Source: a virus. From it: a DNA stretch of 64,000 bases. The stretch is from IMG/VR virus record IMGVR_UViG_3300025648_000013. One strand, given 5' to 3'. The notes under the pieces were generated by a model. The model was not told the origin of the DNA. It searched no databases and saw only the letters and a list, made by a program, of their open reading frames with translations. A program made the translations under genes and the position numbers. Below, one piece after another: positions 27,959 to 35,927 of this stretch (positions are counted from its first letter, which is position 1; every line of letters starts with the position of its first letter).

Positions 27959-28418
27959 AGTTCATAGTTTTCGTGTCCATACGATGCTTCACGATCCTGC
28001 CTTTCAGAAAGAGATTGGTAGGACCGTGAAGATCATCGACAAGTATGATGTTCCTTATGTCGCTGGTTATTCCAAAGACGGTAAAGACATCTACATTGAT
28101 AGACACTTAAACGTAAACTTTAATGGTACAAATATTACAAAATACCTCCTTGTTCACGAAAGAGTGGAGAAGGCCTTGATAGATGTGTTTGGGCTTCGAT
28201 ACCAAGAAGCCCATCACATTGCGTTAGCAGTAGAGCATGACGCGGTTGTTGGTGATGGTATCAATTGGAGAGATTATTCCAAGTTTGTTGATAAATACGT
28301 CAAGAAACTTGATCATGAAAACCTCAAGTTATCACCACCAAATCTAGACCTCACGCCCTACGAAGACGAAAAGGACTTCTCCAAGTTCGTGAAAAAACGG
28401 AGTAAACAAAATGATTGA
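27945..28418 (+). CDS. putative metal-binding / zincin-like protein
   Basis: HERVE...YQEAHHIA...EH motif. Confidence 0.5.
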   Translation: MALPKVHSFRVHTMLHDPAFQKEIGRTVKIIDKYDVPYVAGYSKDGKDIYIDRHLNVNFNGTNITKYLLVHERVEKALIDVFGLRYQEAHHIALAVEHDAVVGDGINWRDYSKFVDKYVKKLDHENLKLSPPNLDLTPYEDEKDFSKFVKKRSKQND

Positions 28419-28572
28419 TTGGATCGAATGTTCTATATGTGAAACAGAATACAAGTTGATTAGTAAAGAACCAGGCATACAAGTTGAGTTTTGTCCATTT
28501 TGTGGCGTTGATGCTGATAGCCAGTTCACACCAGAAGAAGTAGACGACGAAGATGAAGAGTTCGACAGTTAA
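28411..28572 (+). CDS. small zinc-ribbon protein with acidic tail (53 aa)
   Basis: Translated by hand: CSIC...FCPFCG...EEVDDEDEEFDS; GGAG RBS. Confidence 0.7.
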   Translation: MIDWIECSICETEYKLISKEPGIQVEFCPFCGVDADSQFTPEEVDDEDEEFDS

Positions 28573-28992
28573 ATGGATTATGAAAATCCATGGATCTATG
28601 ATGGGGAACCCTTTACTGATGCACAGGCTGATGGTCATTTTGCATTTGTTTACTTGATCACAAATAAAGTTTCTGGTCGAAAATATCTGGGCAAAAAACT
28701 CTTCACAATGGCTGGATATAAGACTATAAAGGGTAAGAAGAAGAAGATTCGCAAGCCTAGCGATTGGAAGACCTATTATGGTTCTTCTCCAAGTCTGAAA
28801 GCAGATGTTGAAGATTTAGGCAAAGAAAACTTTTCTCGCGAGATACTAAAAGTTGTTGACAATAGATCATCCGCCAGTTATTATGAAGCGAAAGAGATGT
28901 TTGCTGTGGATGCGATTCTTTCAGATGAATATTATAATGATTGGTGTACTATAAAGATTTCATCGATGCATGTGAAAGCAATCTATAAATGA
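28573..28992 (+). CDS. endonuclease II-like (DenA-like) GIY-YIG nuclease
   Basis: FVYLIT...KYLGKK...SDWKTYYGSS...FSREIL...YYN; compact, no NUMOD domains. Confidence 0.75.
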   Translation: MDYENPWIYDGEPFTDAQADGHFAFVYLITNKVSGRKYLGKKLFTMAGYKTIKGKKKKIRKPSDWKTYYGSSPSLKADVEDLGKENFSREILKVVDNRSSASYYEAKEMFAVDAILSDEYYNDWCTIKISSMHVKAIYK

Positions 28993-29067
28993 GATAGGTT
29001 CTGTCAGTTGTACCTTAAACGACTGTCAAATGTTATAACATTGTTTTATTTTAATGGAGAATACTGA

Positions 29068-29541
29068 ATGAAGAATCTTATGTTTGCCCTCGCGGCTCTT
29101 ACCGCTGTTGCTGCTGCTCCTGCAATGGCAGATAGCTTTACTGGTCCTCGTGTAACGGGTGTTGTTGGTTATCAGAACGTCACCGATCTTCCTGCAAATC
29201 GTAGCTTCACCTATGGTGTCGAAGCTGGCTACGATCACAAGCTTGTAGGTCCTGTTACCGTAGGTGTCGAAGCTGGTCTAGACAACGTGTTTGATCGCAC
29301 CGATGTTAACGTTGGTGGTCGTCTTGGCTATGAAGTAACTCCACATACTCTAGTGTATGCCGGTCTAGGTTATGACAACCTCCGTGATCTAGAAGCACAC
29401 AATCTCCAGGGTCTTCGCGCTACCGCAGGGCTTGACGTTAATGTGATTGGTCATGTCTCGGTTGGTGCACAGTACACCCACACCGATCTTGGCGCTGTCA
29501 AGAACAATGGTGCGGCTGGTACGGTCACTCTCCGCTTCTGA
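29068..29541 (+). CDS. outer-membrane beta-barrel protein with signal peptide
   Basis: AAAPAMA signal, amphipathic strands, C-terminal Phe. Confidence 0.8.
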   Translation: MKNLMFALAALTAVAAAPAMADSFTGPRVTGVVGYQNVTDLPANRSFTYGVEAGYDHKLVGPVTVGVEAGLDNVFDRTDVNVGGRLGYEVTPHTLVYAGLGYDNLRDLEAHNLQGLRATAGLDVNVIGHVSVGAQYTHTDLGAVKNNGAAGTVTLRF

Positions 29542-29567
29542 TAAATAGAAGACCACACCCCAGTGAG

Positions 29568-29590
29568 AATGCCCTCCGGGGGCATTTTTT
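29568..29590 (+). terminator. Rho-independent terminator
   Basis: AATGCCC-TCCGG-GGGCATT followed by a T run. Confidence 0.8.
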
Positions 29591-29594
29591 GTGG

Positions 29595-29622
29595 TTGACA
29601 TTTTTATCGAATCAGCTATGAT
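29595..29622 (+). promoter_or_regulatory. early promoter with CGAATC (GANTC) in the spacer
   Basis: TTGACA-TTTTTATC-GAATC-AGC-TATGAT. Confidence 0.8.
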
Positions 29623-29645
29623 GAAAAAGTAGTCAGAGAGAGAAA

Positions 29646-29834
29646 GTGATTCGTTTCATGAAAATGTTTGTTGCTCGTAATCACAATGGGACTTTCATTG
29701 CTAAAGGTGTTGACCTTGGAAATCTGATGGAAGAAGTCATGCTCTATGAAGAAGTGACTGGCAATCGGTGCACCGTCGGCCGAGAAGAGTTTGAAGTTGA
29801 ACCCAAGCGCAACATTATCGCTGAGGAGATTTAA
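29646..29834 (+). CDS. hypothetical early protein
   Basis: ORF directly behind an early promoter; start codon uncertain. Confidence 0.55.
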   Translation: MIRFMKMFVARNHNGTFIAKGVDLGNLMEEVMLYEEVTGNRCTVGREEFEVEPKRNIIAEEI

Positions 29835-29835
29835 T

Positions 29836-30054
29836 ATGGCTGACAAGTACGGTCGCGGATATACTTTCACCCACGATTGGGCTGGTGGTATTGTTCTTGC
29901 TGAAACGGAAACGGGCTGGACCATCTATTTTCAGCCTGGCGATGACGCTGCAAAGATTGATGATTATTTCGATCTTCTCGTTGGTGAATGCGGATACGAT
30001 GGACAGTCTGCATTACGAATCATCTGGGAAGAATATAAAGGAATGGCTGCTTAA
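29836..30054 (+). CDS. hypothetical early protein
   Basis: GAGGAG RBS before ATG 29836. Confidence 0.6.
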   Translation: MADKYGRGYTFTHDWAGGIVLAETETGWTIYFQPGDDAAKIDDYFDLLVGECGYDGQSALRIIWEEYKGMAA

Positions 30055-30055
30055 T

Positions 30056-30454
30056 ATGACAATGCATCTCCTAGGTCCTGCTTATACCACAAACTCAACT
30101 AAGAAGCGTAAGCCGCAACTAAACACGGCGAAGTATGCTCAAGATTGGGTGGACTATAATAAGCAGATGAAGCGGCTTGGTTTTAAAACCAAGACGTTCC
30201 AAGAGTATGTTGCATATCGACAAGGCAATGCCGCATACAAAACAAAGACCGTTAAGACTGGTATGGAAGCTTCCACATACGTTCGCAATGCGCCCAAGTA
30301 TGAGACTGGTGATGGCATCGGTGTGACGTTTGCCAAAGCGCCTAACACATATACGGGCGACAAGCTGCTCGGCATCGCCACGATGCATAAGAGCAATCTG
30401 GTACCTGTCTTCAGTCAGGAAGACGCGGAAGATATTTCTAAAATGAGGCGATGA
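30056..30454 (+). CDS. conserved T4-like hypothetical protein
   Basis: YTG..LLGIATMHKSNLVPVF...A.DISKMRR motif. Confidence 0.7.
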   Translation: MTMHLLGPAYTTNSTKKRKPQLNTAKYAQDWVDYNKQMKRLGFKTKTFQEYVAYRQGNAAYKTKTVKTGMEASTYVRNAPKYETGDGIGVTFAKAPNTYTGDKLLGIATMHKSNLVPVFSQEDAEDISKMRR

Positions 30455-30458
30455 CCGC

Positions 30459-30486
30459 TTGACATTTATCGCGAATCTGTTATGAT
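30459..30486 (+). promoter_or_regulatory. early promoter with CGAATC in the spacer
   Basis: TTGACA-TTTATCGC-GAATC-TGT-TATGAT. Confidence 0.8.
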
Positions 30487-30519
30487 GAAAATATAGACAA
30501 TGAGAAGGAATGATTCGTT

Positions 30520-31245
30520 ATGACTGATATCCAAAGCAAGATCAAGGCTCGCATTCGCGCTCTCTCGGCTAAGACCGTCAAGAATGGTTGCTCGGAAGAA
30601 GAAGCACTTACCGCAATCAACATGGTGGGTAAGTTGCTCTCGCAATATAATCTGTCCATGAACGAGGTCGAACTTCGTGATGAAGTTTGTGACACTTTGA
30701 AGATTGATATTGGCAGCAAGGTCCGCAACGGCGTCTATTACGCTCTCTCGGATATCGCTGGCTTTACCGATTGTAAGGTGTGGACCAATCGTGGTGCCAC
30801 TCTGAAGTATTGCTTCTTTGGTCAAGAAAGCGATCTACTGATGGTGAAGTATCTTTATGATATTATCCTGTCGGCTATGGCAACTGAACTGGCAAAGTTC
30901 AAGAAGACTCCTGAATATAAGGGAGCATATAGCAAGAAGGGTGCTACCAGTTCGTTTACCACTGGTATGGCAATGCGTATTGGTCGTCGTCTGAACGAAA
31001 TGAAGGCTCAGATGAACGGCGAAGAAAAAGCTGCACGAGGCGGCAGCAATGCTTTGATTGTTCTGAAGAATCAGGTTGTCAATCAGGCATATCGTGAACT
31101 TGGCTTGCGTCTTAAGAAGAACTATGGTGGTACCACCATTCGTGATGGTGCAGCATATCGCAGCGGTCAGTCTGCTGGTGATCGTGTCAATCTTTCTCGC
31201 CCGATCAATGGTCCTGGCGGCAATGTTTTGCGCATTGCTGCTTGA
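30520..31245 (+). CDS. DUF2786-like protein
   Basis: I.AL...T...GCSEEEA..A....KLL.QYNL N-terminus; AY..G...G..V.L C-terminus. Confidence 0.65.
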   Translation: MTDIQSKIKARIRALSAKTVKNGCSEEEALTAINMVGKLLSQYNLSMNEVELRDEVCDTLKIDIGSKVRNGVYYALSDIAGFTDCKVWTNRGATLKYCFFGQESDLLMVKYLYDIILSAMATELAKFKKTPEYKGAYSKKGATSSFTTGMAMRIGRRLNEMKAQMNGEEKAARGGSNALIVLKNQVVNQAYRELGLRLKKNYGGTTIRDGAAYRSGQSAGDRVNLSRPINGPGGNVLRIAA

Positions 31246-31269
31246 CATTTAAATCGAATCAGTTATAGT
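31242..31269 (+). promoter_or_regulatory. early promoter with CGAATC in the spacer
   Basis: TTGACA-TTTAAATC-GAATC-AGT-TATAGT. Confidence 0.8.
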
Positions 31270-31317
31270 AAAAATATGAGGTCGAGTGGTTCGACCGATT
31301 TGAAAGGTGATTTGATT

Positions 31318-32295
31318 ATGGCACATATGATTGAACAACTCTCTGATGGATCTTTTAGTCATGCATACGCTGGCGATCTGCCCTGGCACGGTCTCGGCTT
31401 CAAGGTCTCTAATGACCTCACTCCTGAACAGATGATGGAAGCTGCTCGGCTTGACTGGACAGTTGACACTGTTCCTCTTCCTGCAATGTATAACGGTCAG
31501 AAGATCAACACTGGTCACTCTGCTCTGATCCGTAGCAGCGATAGCAAGGTGCTTGACGTTATCACGGATGACTGGAAGCCTCTTCAGAACCTTGAAGCTT
31601 TCCAGTTCTTCAATGATTTTGTTGGCGCTGGTGATATGTCCATGCACACTGCTGGTTCTCTGATGGACGGCAAGATGGTATGGGGTCTTGCAAAGATCAA
31701 CGACTCTTTTGAACTGTTTGGTGGAGACAAGGTTGAAGGCTTCCTGCTCTTCAGCAATCCTCATCAGTATGGTAAGTCGATTGACGTTCGTTTTACTCCC
31801 ATCCGTGTTGTCTGCAATAACACTCTGACACTTGCTCTTGGTGGCAAAGCTTCTAACATGGTGAAGATCAATCACCGTCGTGAGTTTGATCCTGATATGG
31901 TCAAGGAAACTCTCGGTATTGCTAGTGATAAGCTTGCTAAGTACAAGGAAATGGCTGCCTTTCTCGGCACCAAGAAATACAGCAATGAAAACATCGTTGA
32001 ATACTTCAATCGTATTTTCCCCAAAACCTCTGACAAGAAGAACTCTGTTGCAGAAAAGGCTGGCCAGTTGCACAGTCGCGCTGCACAGTTTGCGATGGAA
32101 GCACTCCATGAACAGCCTGGTGCACAGTTTGCAGAAGGTTCGTGGTGGCAGGCAATAAATTCGATAACATATTTGACTGACCACGTTCTTGGTCGGTCAA
32201 ACGATACTCGCCTTGCTTCTGCTTGGTACGGTGTCAATCAAAAGAAGAAGATTGATGCTCTAAATCTTGCGATGGAATACGCTGAAGCTTCTTAA
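31318..32295 (+). CDS. DUF932/DUF945-family protein
   Basis: MAH...PWHGLG, QN.EAF.FF, TAGSL, TPIRVVCNNTL. Confidence 0.8.
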   Translation: MAHMIEQLSDGSFSHAYAGDLPWHGLGFKVSNDLTPEQMMEAARLDWTVDTVPLPAMYNGQKINTGHSALIRSSDSKVLDVITDDWKPLQNLEAFQFFNDFVGAGDMSMHTAGSLMDGKMVWGLAKINDSFELFGGDKVEGFLLFSNPHQYGKSIDVRFTPIRVVCNNTLTLALGGKASNMVKINHRREFDPDMVKETLGIASDKLAKYKEMAAFLGTKKYSNENIVEYFNRIFPKTSDKKNSVAEKAGQLHSRAAQFAMEALHEQPGAQFAEGSWWQAINSITYLTDHVLGRSNDTRLASAWYGVNQKKKIDALNLAMEYAEAS

Positions 32296-32300
32296 GTCTC

Positions 32301-32329
32301 CTGTCCTGAGCATGACGGTAAAATGCTCA
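32301..32329 (+). ncRNA. H-type RNA pseudoknot in an intergenic leader
   Basis: S1 CTGTC/GACGG, S2 TGAGCAT/ATGCTCA, 1-nt L1. Confidence 0.5.
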
Positions 32330-32348
32330 TCTTCCTGGAGATTATGTT

Positions 32349-32576
32349 ATGAACCCTGTTATTAAGAAAATCGGTGAAAGAACTGGATTATACATGGAAA
32401 ATCACTTCTCTGGTGGTTTTCCTAATGATTCTTTAACTATTGTCGAAGATTTTGCTGAGGAAATTATTAGAGAAGTTATCTCTGTTCTACATAAGCGATA
32501 CATGGGTGACCATAATCGAGAAGATATGGAAGTTCTTAATTGTATTGTTGATATTAAAAAACATTTTGGAGTTTAA
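32349..32576 (+). CDS. hypothetical protein
   Basis: GGAG RBS; FAE.II.E...IKKHFGV motif common in phage ORFs. Confidence 0.6.
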   Translation: MNPVIKKIGERTGLYMENHFSGGFPNDSLTIVEDFAEEIIREVISVLHKRYMGDHNREDMEVLNCIVDIKKHFGV

Positions 32577-32580
32577 TAAA

Positions 32581-33348
32581 ATGACTAAAAGTGATAAGAT
32601 TAAGTGGGGTCCAGCAATCGACGTCAAGGTAGTCCGCGAGCGGCCCGACTGGCTGAAGGCCAGCGAAATCTGCGCGATCAAGGATCGTGGCACGTGGTTA
32701 GGCGAGGGCGGCACATGCAAGGCGTCGATGTGGTCGGCCATCAGCTTGAGCAGGTCGGCGGCGATGTGGTCCTGGCATGAAGACATCACCCAGATCAAGC
32801 TGATGGTCGATCATGACTACTACACCTTGCAGAAGTACAACGAGATGTACGGCACGTCCTTCACGTACTGGGGCGGGCAGAAAGAGAAACCCGACGACTG
32901 GGACGGCATCGCCGTAGTGCTGCGTAATGGCAGTACGATCCCCAGCCCAATCAGTTGGAGCTCCAACTTCTCGGGCAGCCCAATCAGTTGGAGCCACCCA
33001 TGCCACCCTTGGATGAAAGGCGTCAATGGGAAGGGCGACGTCATCGGCTACACGCGCAAGGTGGAACCTGTAACCAAGAATAATACTGAAGAAGCAATCC
33101 CGCAGTGGGCGCTGGACGAGGCGAAGACGCGGTTGAACGAGGAAGTTGGTTGGCATCTTTATACGGCCGAAAGCTCCGCACCCAAAATCCTCGCCCGCAT
33201 GATCGTGAAGCTGAAGCAGCCACCTGTTGATCCTGACGAGGAAGCTTTGAAGCGGATACTTAAGACTGTCTGCGTAGTAAAAGAACACTGTGGTGGAAAC
33301 TGGCATTCCGCCCTCGCTCAGTACAAGAAGGAGATTGGCCGTGGTTGA
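32581..33348 (+). CDS. hypothetical mosaic protein with GC-rich segment
   Basis: WGPAI, RPDWL and P.DWDG..V.LRNG motifs; GC-rich codons. Confidence 0.6.
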   Translation: MTKSDKIKWGPAIDVKVVRERPDWLKASEICAIKDRGTWLGEGGTCKASMWSAISLSRSAAMWSWHEDITQIKLMVDHDYYTLQKYNEMYGTSFTYWGGQKEKPDDWDGIAVVLRNGSTIPSPISWSSNFSGSPISWSHPCHPWMKGVNGKGDVIGYTRKVEPVTKNNTEEAIPQWALDEAKTRLNEEVGWHLYTAESSAPKILARMIVKLKQPPVDPDEEALKRILKTVCVVKEHCGGNWHSALAQYKKEIGRG

Positions 33349-33535
33349 TAATATGCGAGTTGTGCGTTTTTATAAGAATCGATTCGTGTCAACTACTCAA
33401 GGTGCTGTGAACCAAAAAGAGTATACAGGTCGAACTGAAATCCAAATCAAAGTACATGTTAACAGTGTAGTAGGCGATAAAGTTGTAAGTTCTATGGAAT
33501 GGCAAACTGTACCAACTGTAGATATGGAAGGTTGA
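33341..33535 (+). CDS. hypothetical protein
   Basis: GGAG RBS before GTG 33341; EWQTVPTV ending. Confidence 0.5.
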   Translation: MVDNMRVVRFYKNRFVSTTQGAVNQKEYTGRTEIQIKVHVNSVVGDKVVSSMEWQTVPTVDMEG

Positions 33536-33538
33536 AGT

Positions 33539-33793
33539 ATGTCTTGTAGTGTTCCAGACTTGCTGGTGTCTCTACCAGCCGTCTTAATGTTGGCCATGTT
33601 CGTGTATATCTTTAAGCGACATCTAACGTTGGATGCTGCTTGGAATGAAGGCTTTGATGCTGCTAGTATGACACACGATAATAATAACCCTATCGGGCAT
33701 ATTATTGGTCAAAATACTGTTGACAATCATGTTGAAATCATGGTAGAACATAGAGACGGAACATGTGCCCGCTATAGAAAGGTTGAAGTATAA
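33539..33793 (+). CDS. hypothetical membrane protein
   Basis: N-terminal hydrophobic helix. Confidence 0.55.
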   Translation: MSCSVPDLLVSLPAVLMLAMFVYIFKRHLTLDAAWNEGFDAASMTHDNNNPIGHIIGQNTVDNHVEIMVEHRDGTCARYRKVEV

Positions 33794-34050
33794 TGTCATA
33801 TAAGACTGTTGAACTATCGTATGAGCAACTTGATCGGATTGTCTGGAAGACTCTTGAAGAGACCCGAGACAATCTTACTAAAGACCTAGGTGCAAATAAC
33901 AACGTGTTTGTCTTTGGTGATCCAGAGGCAGATGATATTGAAATCCAGAAAGCCATTGATGCGTTTGATCTAGTCATTGACTGGTACGTACCACTGGTAC
34001 AGGATTCCAGGAGTCCTGGAATATTCCAGGAGAGTAATCCGATAACTTAA
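33793..34050 (+). CDS. hypothetical protein; 3' end altered by fold-back insertions
   Basis: Coupled start; palindromic insertions at 33988-34031. Confidence 0.6.
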   Translation: MSYKTVELSYEQLDRIVWKTLEETRDNLTKDLGANNNVFVFGDPEADDIEIQKAIDAFDLVIDWYVPLVQDSRSPGIFQESNPIT

Positions 34051-34073
34051 AGTATATTGATGGAGAATATGTA

Positions 34074-34178
34074 ATGAAAACGGATGATGGCGGCTTTGGT
34101 ATTTGTGTTGTATATCTTTTAATCGGTGTACTAGTAGGATATGCTATCGCATTTGATCGCATTTTGTCTTGTTACTAA
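34074..34178 (+). CDS. small membrane protein (34 aa)
   Basis: Translated by hand; GGAG RBS; hydrophobic core. Confidence 0.45.
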   Translation: MKTDDGGFGICVVYLLIGVLVGYAIAFDRILSCY

Positions 34179-34256
34179 CACCTGGAAGAATGATGCAATA
34201 AAGCATCATGATATAAATACCTAGGTATCATTGCCACTTTATAATAGGAGAAAACT

Positions 34257-34472
34257 ATGAGTATTGCATTAGGAATCGCGATTGCTATTATCGCATTTGT
34301 CGCTGGTCTTTTTCTAAGCCCAAAGGCTACCGCTGAAGTTGAACAGTTGAAGGCTGATCTTGCCACTGCTGAAGCAGACATCAAGGATCTGGAAGACCGT
34401 ATCAAGGAACTTCTTACTCCAGCACCACCTCCAGCGCCTGCTACGAAGGTATCAAAGCGCAAGGTAAACTAA
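34257..34472 (+). CDS. membrane-anchored coiled-coil protein
   Basis: Late promoter 34212, AAGGAG RBS, TM helix and coiled coil. Confidence 0.65.
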   Translation: MSIALGIAIAIIAFVAGLFLSPKATAEVEQLKADLATAEADIKDLEDRIKELLTPAPPPAPATKVSKRKVN

Positions 34473-34513
34473 TCTCTTGACATTTTATCATTGAAGTTTT
34501 GGAGTTTTGAGTC

Positions 34514-34828
34514 ATGTCTTTGATTGCTTTTCTTGAAGATGATGATCCTATGGTCAATGAGATTCAGACATTATCAGAAAAAATTCGCCAAAGACGAATA
34601 CAGATGCTAGTTCATTCATACCTCTATTATGAGATGGATAATAGTATCATTGATGACCACAAATGGCAACAATGGGCAGATGAACTAGTAGAACTACAAA
34701 GAAAGAAGCTTCTGATTGGCTTCTATGATGAAATGTTTAAAGATTGGACGGGCGATTCTGGTGCTTTTCTAAAGTTTGATCCTTGGGTCAAGAAGCGCGC
34801 GTTGCAACTTTTGAAATATAAAAGATAG
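34514..34828 (+). CDS. stand-alone NAD+-dependent DNA ligase subdomain-Ia-like protein
   Basis: HSYLYY....IIDD..W......EL..L motif. Confidence 0.6.
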   Translation: MSLIAFLEDDDPMVNEIQTLSEKIRQRRIQMLVHSYLYYEMDNSIIDDHKWQQWADELVELQRKKLLIGFYDEMFKDWTGDSGAFLKFDPWVKKRALQLLKYKR

Positions 34829-34847
34829 ATATTGATTGAGTTTGCTC

Positions 34848-34878
34848 TTGACATTTTATCACGAATCGTATATAAATA
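34848..34878 (+). promoter_or_regulatory. overlapping early (TTGACA...CGAATC...) and late (TATAAATA) promoters for tmRNA
   Basis: TTGACA 34848-53, GAATC 34863-67, TATAAATA 34871-78. Confidence 0.75.
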
Positions 34879-34883
34879 AGTTA

Positions 34884-35215
34884 TCAGTTGTTTGAACGCG
34901 GACTGAAAGATGTAAAGACGGGAGTTCGATTCTCCCCATCTCCACCATCTACAATGCTAGTGGAATATGACTGTGATCTGCCATTGAAAGAGATGGCCAA
35001 ACAGATACAGATTAGTATTGTAGTTGATGGGGATGACCTGGGATCGATTTGCATTGGATAGGAAAGTCTAGACTGATTCGCTGGCCGAGTGGCTAAAACT
35101 GTAAATGTCAACCTAGTTGCACATAATGATAATGATTTTGCCGCGATGAAAATCGCCGCCTGATCTAAACATCATTCGGAGTTTTGGTGCTGTACTCTGT
35201 CAAATAAACAGCACC
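34884..35215 (+). ncRNA. ssrA: circularly permuted two-piece tmRNA; tag (A)AHNDNDFAAMKIAA
   Basis: T-arm GGGAG-TTCGATT-CTCCC plus CATCTCC-A-CCA ending at 34947; 5' piece GGGGATG at 35029 gives G3.U70; CTAGTT-GCA resume context; tag ORF 35119-35163. Outer ends are approximate. Confidence 0.9.
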
Positions 35216-35927
35216 ACCGTATCTTGCTTTATATCTGCAAGCATTACCGCACAACTTTTTGTTTGGATTTCTTGTCTCAATCCGAGTTTTACATACAGGA
35301 CAATCAAATATCCTATAAGGTCTAACATTCGGATTATTTTTCCAGTATTCCTTTTTCAGGTCTGACATTAACTTCTTTGTTTGCTCTGTATGTGGTTTTA
35401 CGCCTTTTTGTCCCCTGTTCCAAGCTGGATGAGACTTGCCTTTATTAGAACTACCATTACCTCCAGAAGAATGTTTCTTCTGATTGTAATATCTAACAGT
35501 TTTGTTGTAAATATTGGGTGTCCAATAAAGTTGTTCGTCTTTGATCATGTTTAGCCAACGCTGTTCTGCTTCACGCAAATCTTTGTTGTCTCCTTTTAAA
35601 GATTCTGCGTGTTCTTTTCTAATATAATCATACATTGAAGAATTGAAATATCTAGTTCCATGTTTTTTGGTATGCATTCTAAATGAGTTATATGCAAACA
35701 ACATTTTCTGTCTGTGTATACTTCCTCGTTCACACATTCTAATCAGAAGTAAATGACATATATAATGTTCTTTTGGTGTCAACAAACCCAAATTAGCATT
35801 AGAGTTGCTTCCATTGAATGGACTACACTTTGGAATTATGTGGTGCTTCTCAAAATATCCTTGACTTTTGTTTAGCATTGTTTATAATAGAAAAGTAACA
35901 TTTTGAGTATTTGTTGGTTAAAAACAT
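35165..35927 (-). pseudogene. frameshifted chimeric HNH / GIY-YIG-derived homing endonuclease
   Basis: AAGGAG plus ATG 35927 (MFLTNKY...) stops after 25 codons; EKHHIIPK...N...LT.KEH...H lies in another frame; downstream EQRWL...RYYN, NUMOD3-like repeat and zinc finger. Confidence 0.7.

Noticed and set aside
28573-28992. Another homing endonuclease
   Set aside because: It is a compact GIY-YIG without DNA-binding extensions and matches the endonuclease II-like core gene; no duplicated flanks were seen.
31249-32184. 311-aa minus-strand ORF, and similar antisense ORFs such as 32698-33306 and 39859-40338
   Set aside because: They are shadows of well-supported genes on the other strand, with no RBS or recognisable motifs.
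32296-32330. Hammerhead ribozyme (CTGAG...AAA)
   Set aside because: It lacks the CUGANGA/GAAA core and three-stem junction; a pseudoknot fits better.
34884-35111. 75-aa minus-strand ORF, or a plain tRNA at 34915-34947
   Set aside because: The region is explained by the permuted tmRNA; the T-arm and CCA have no contiguous D-arm or anticodon arm.
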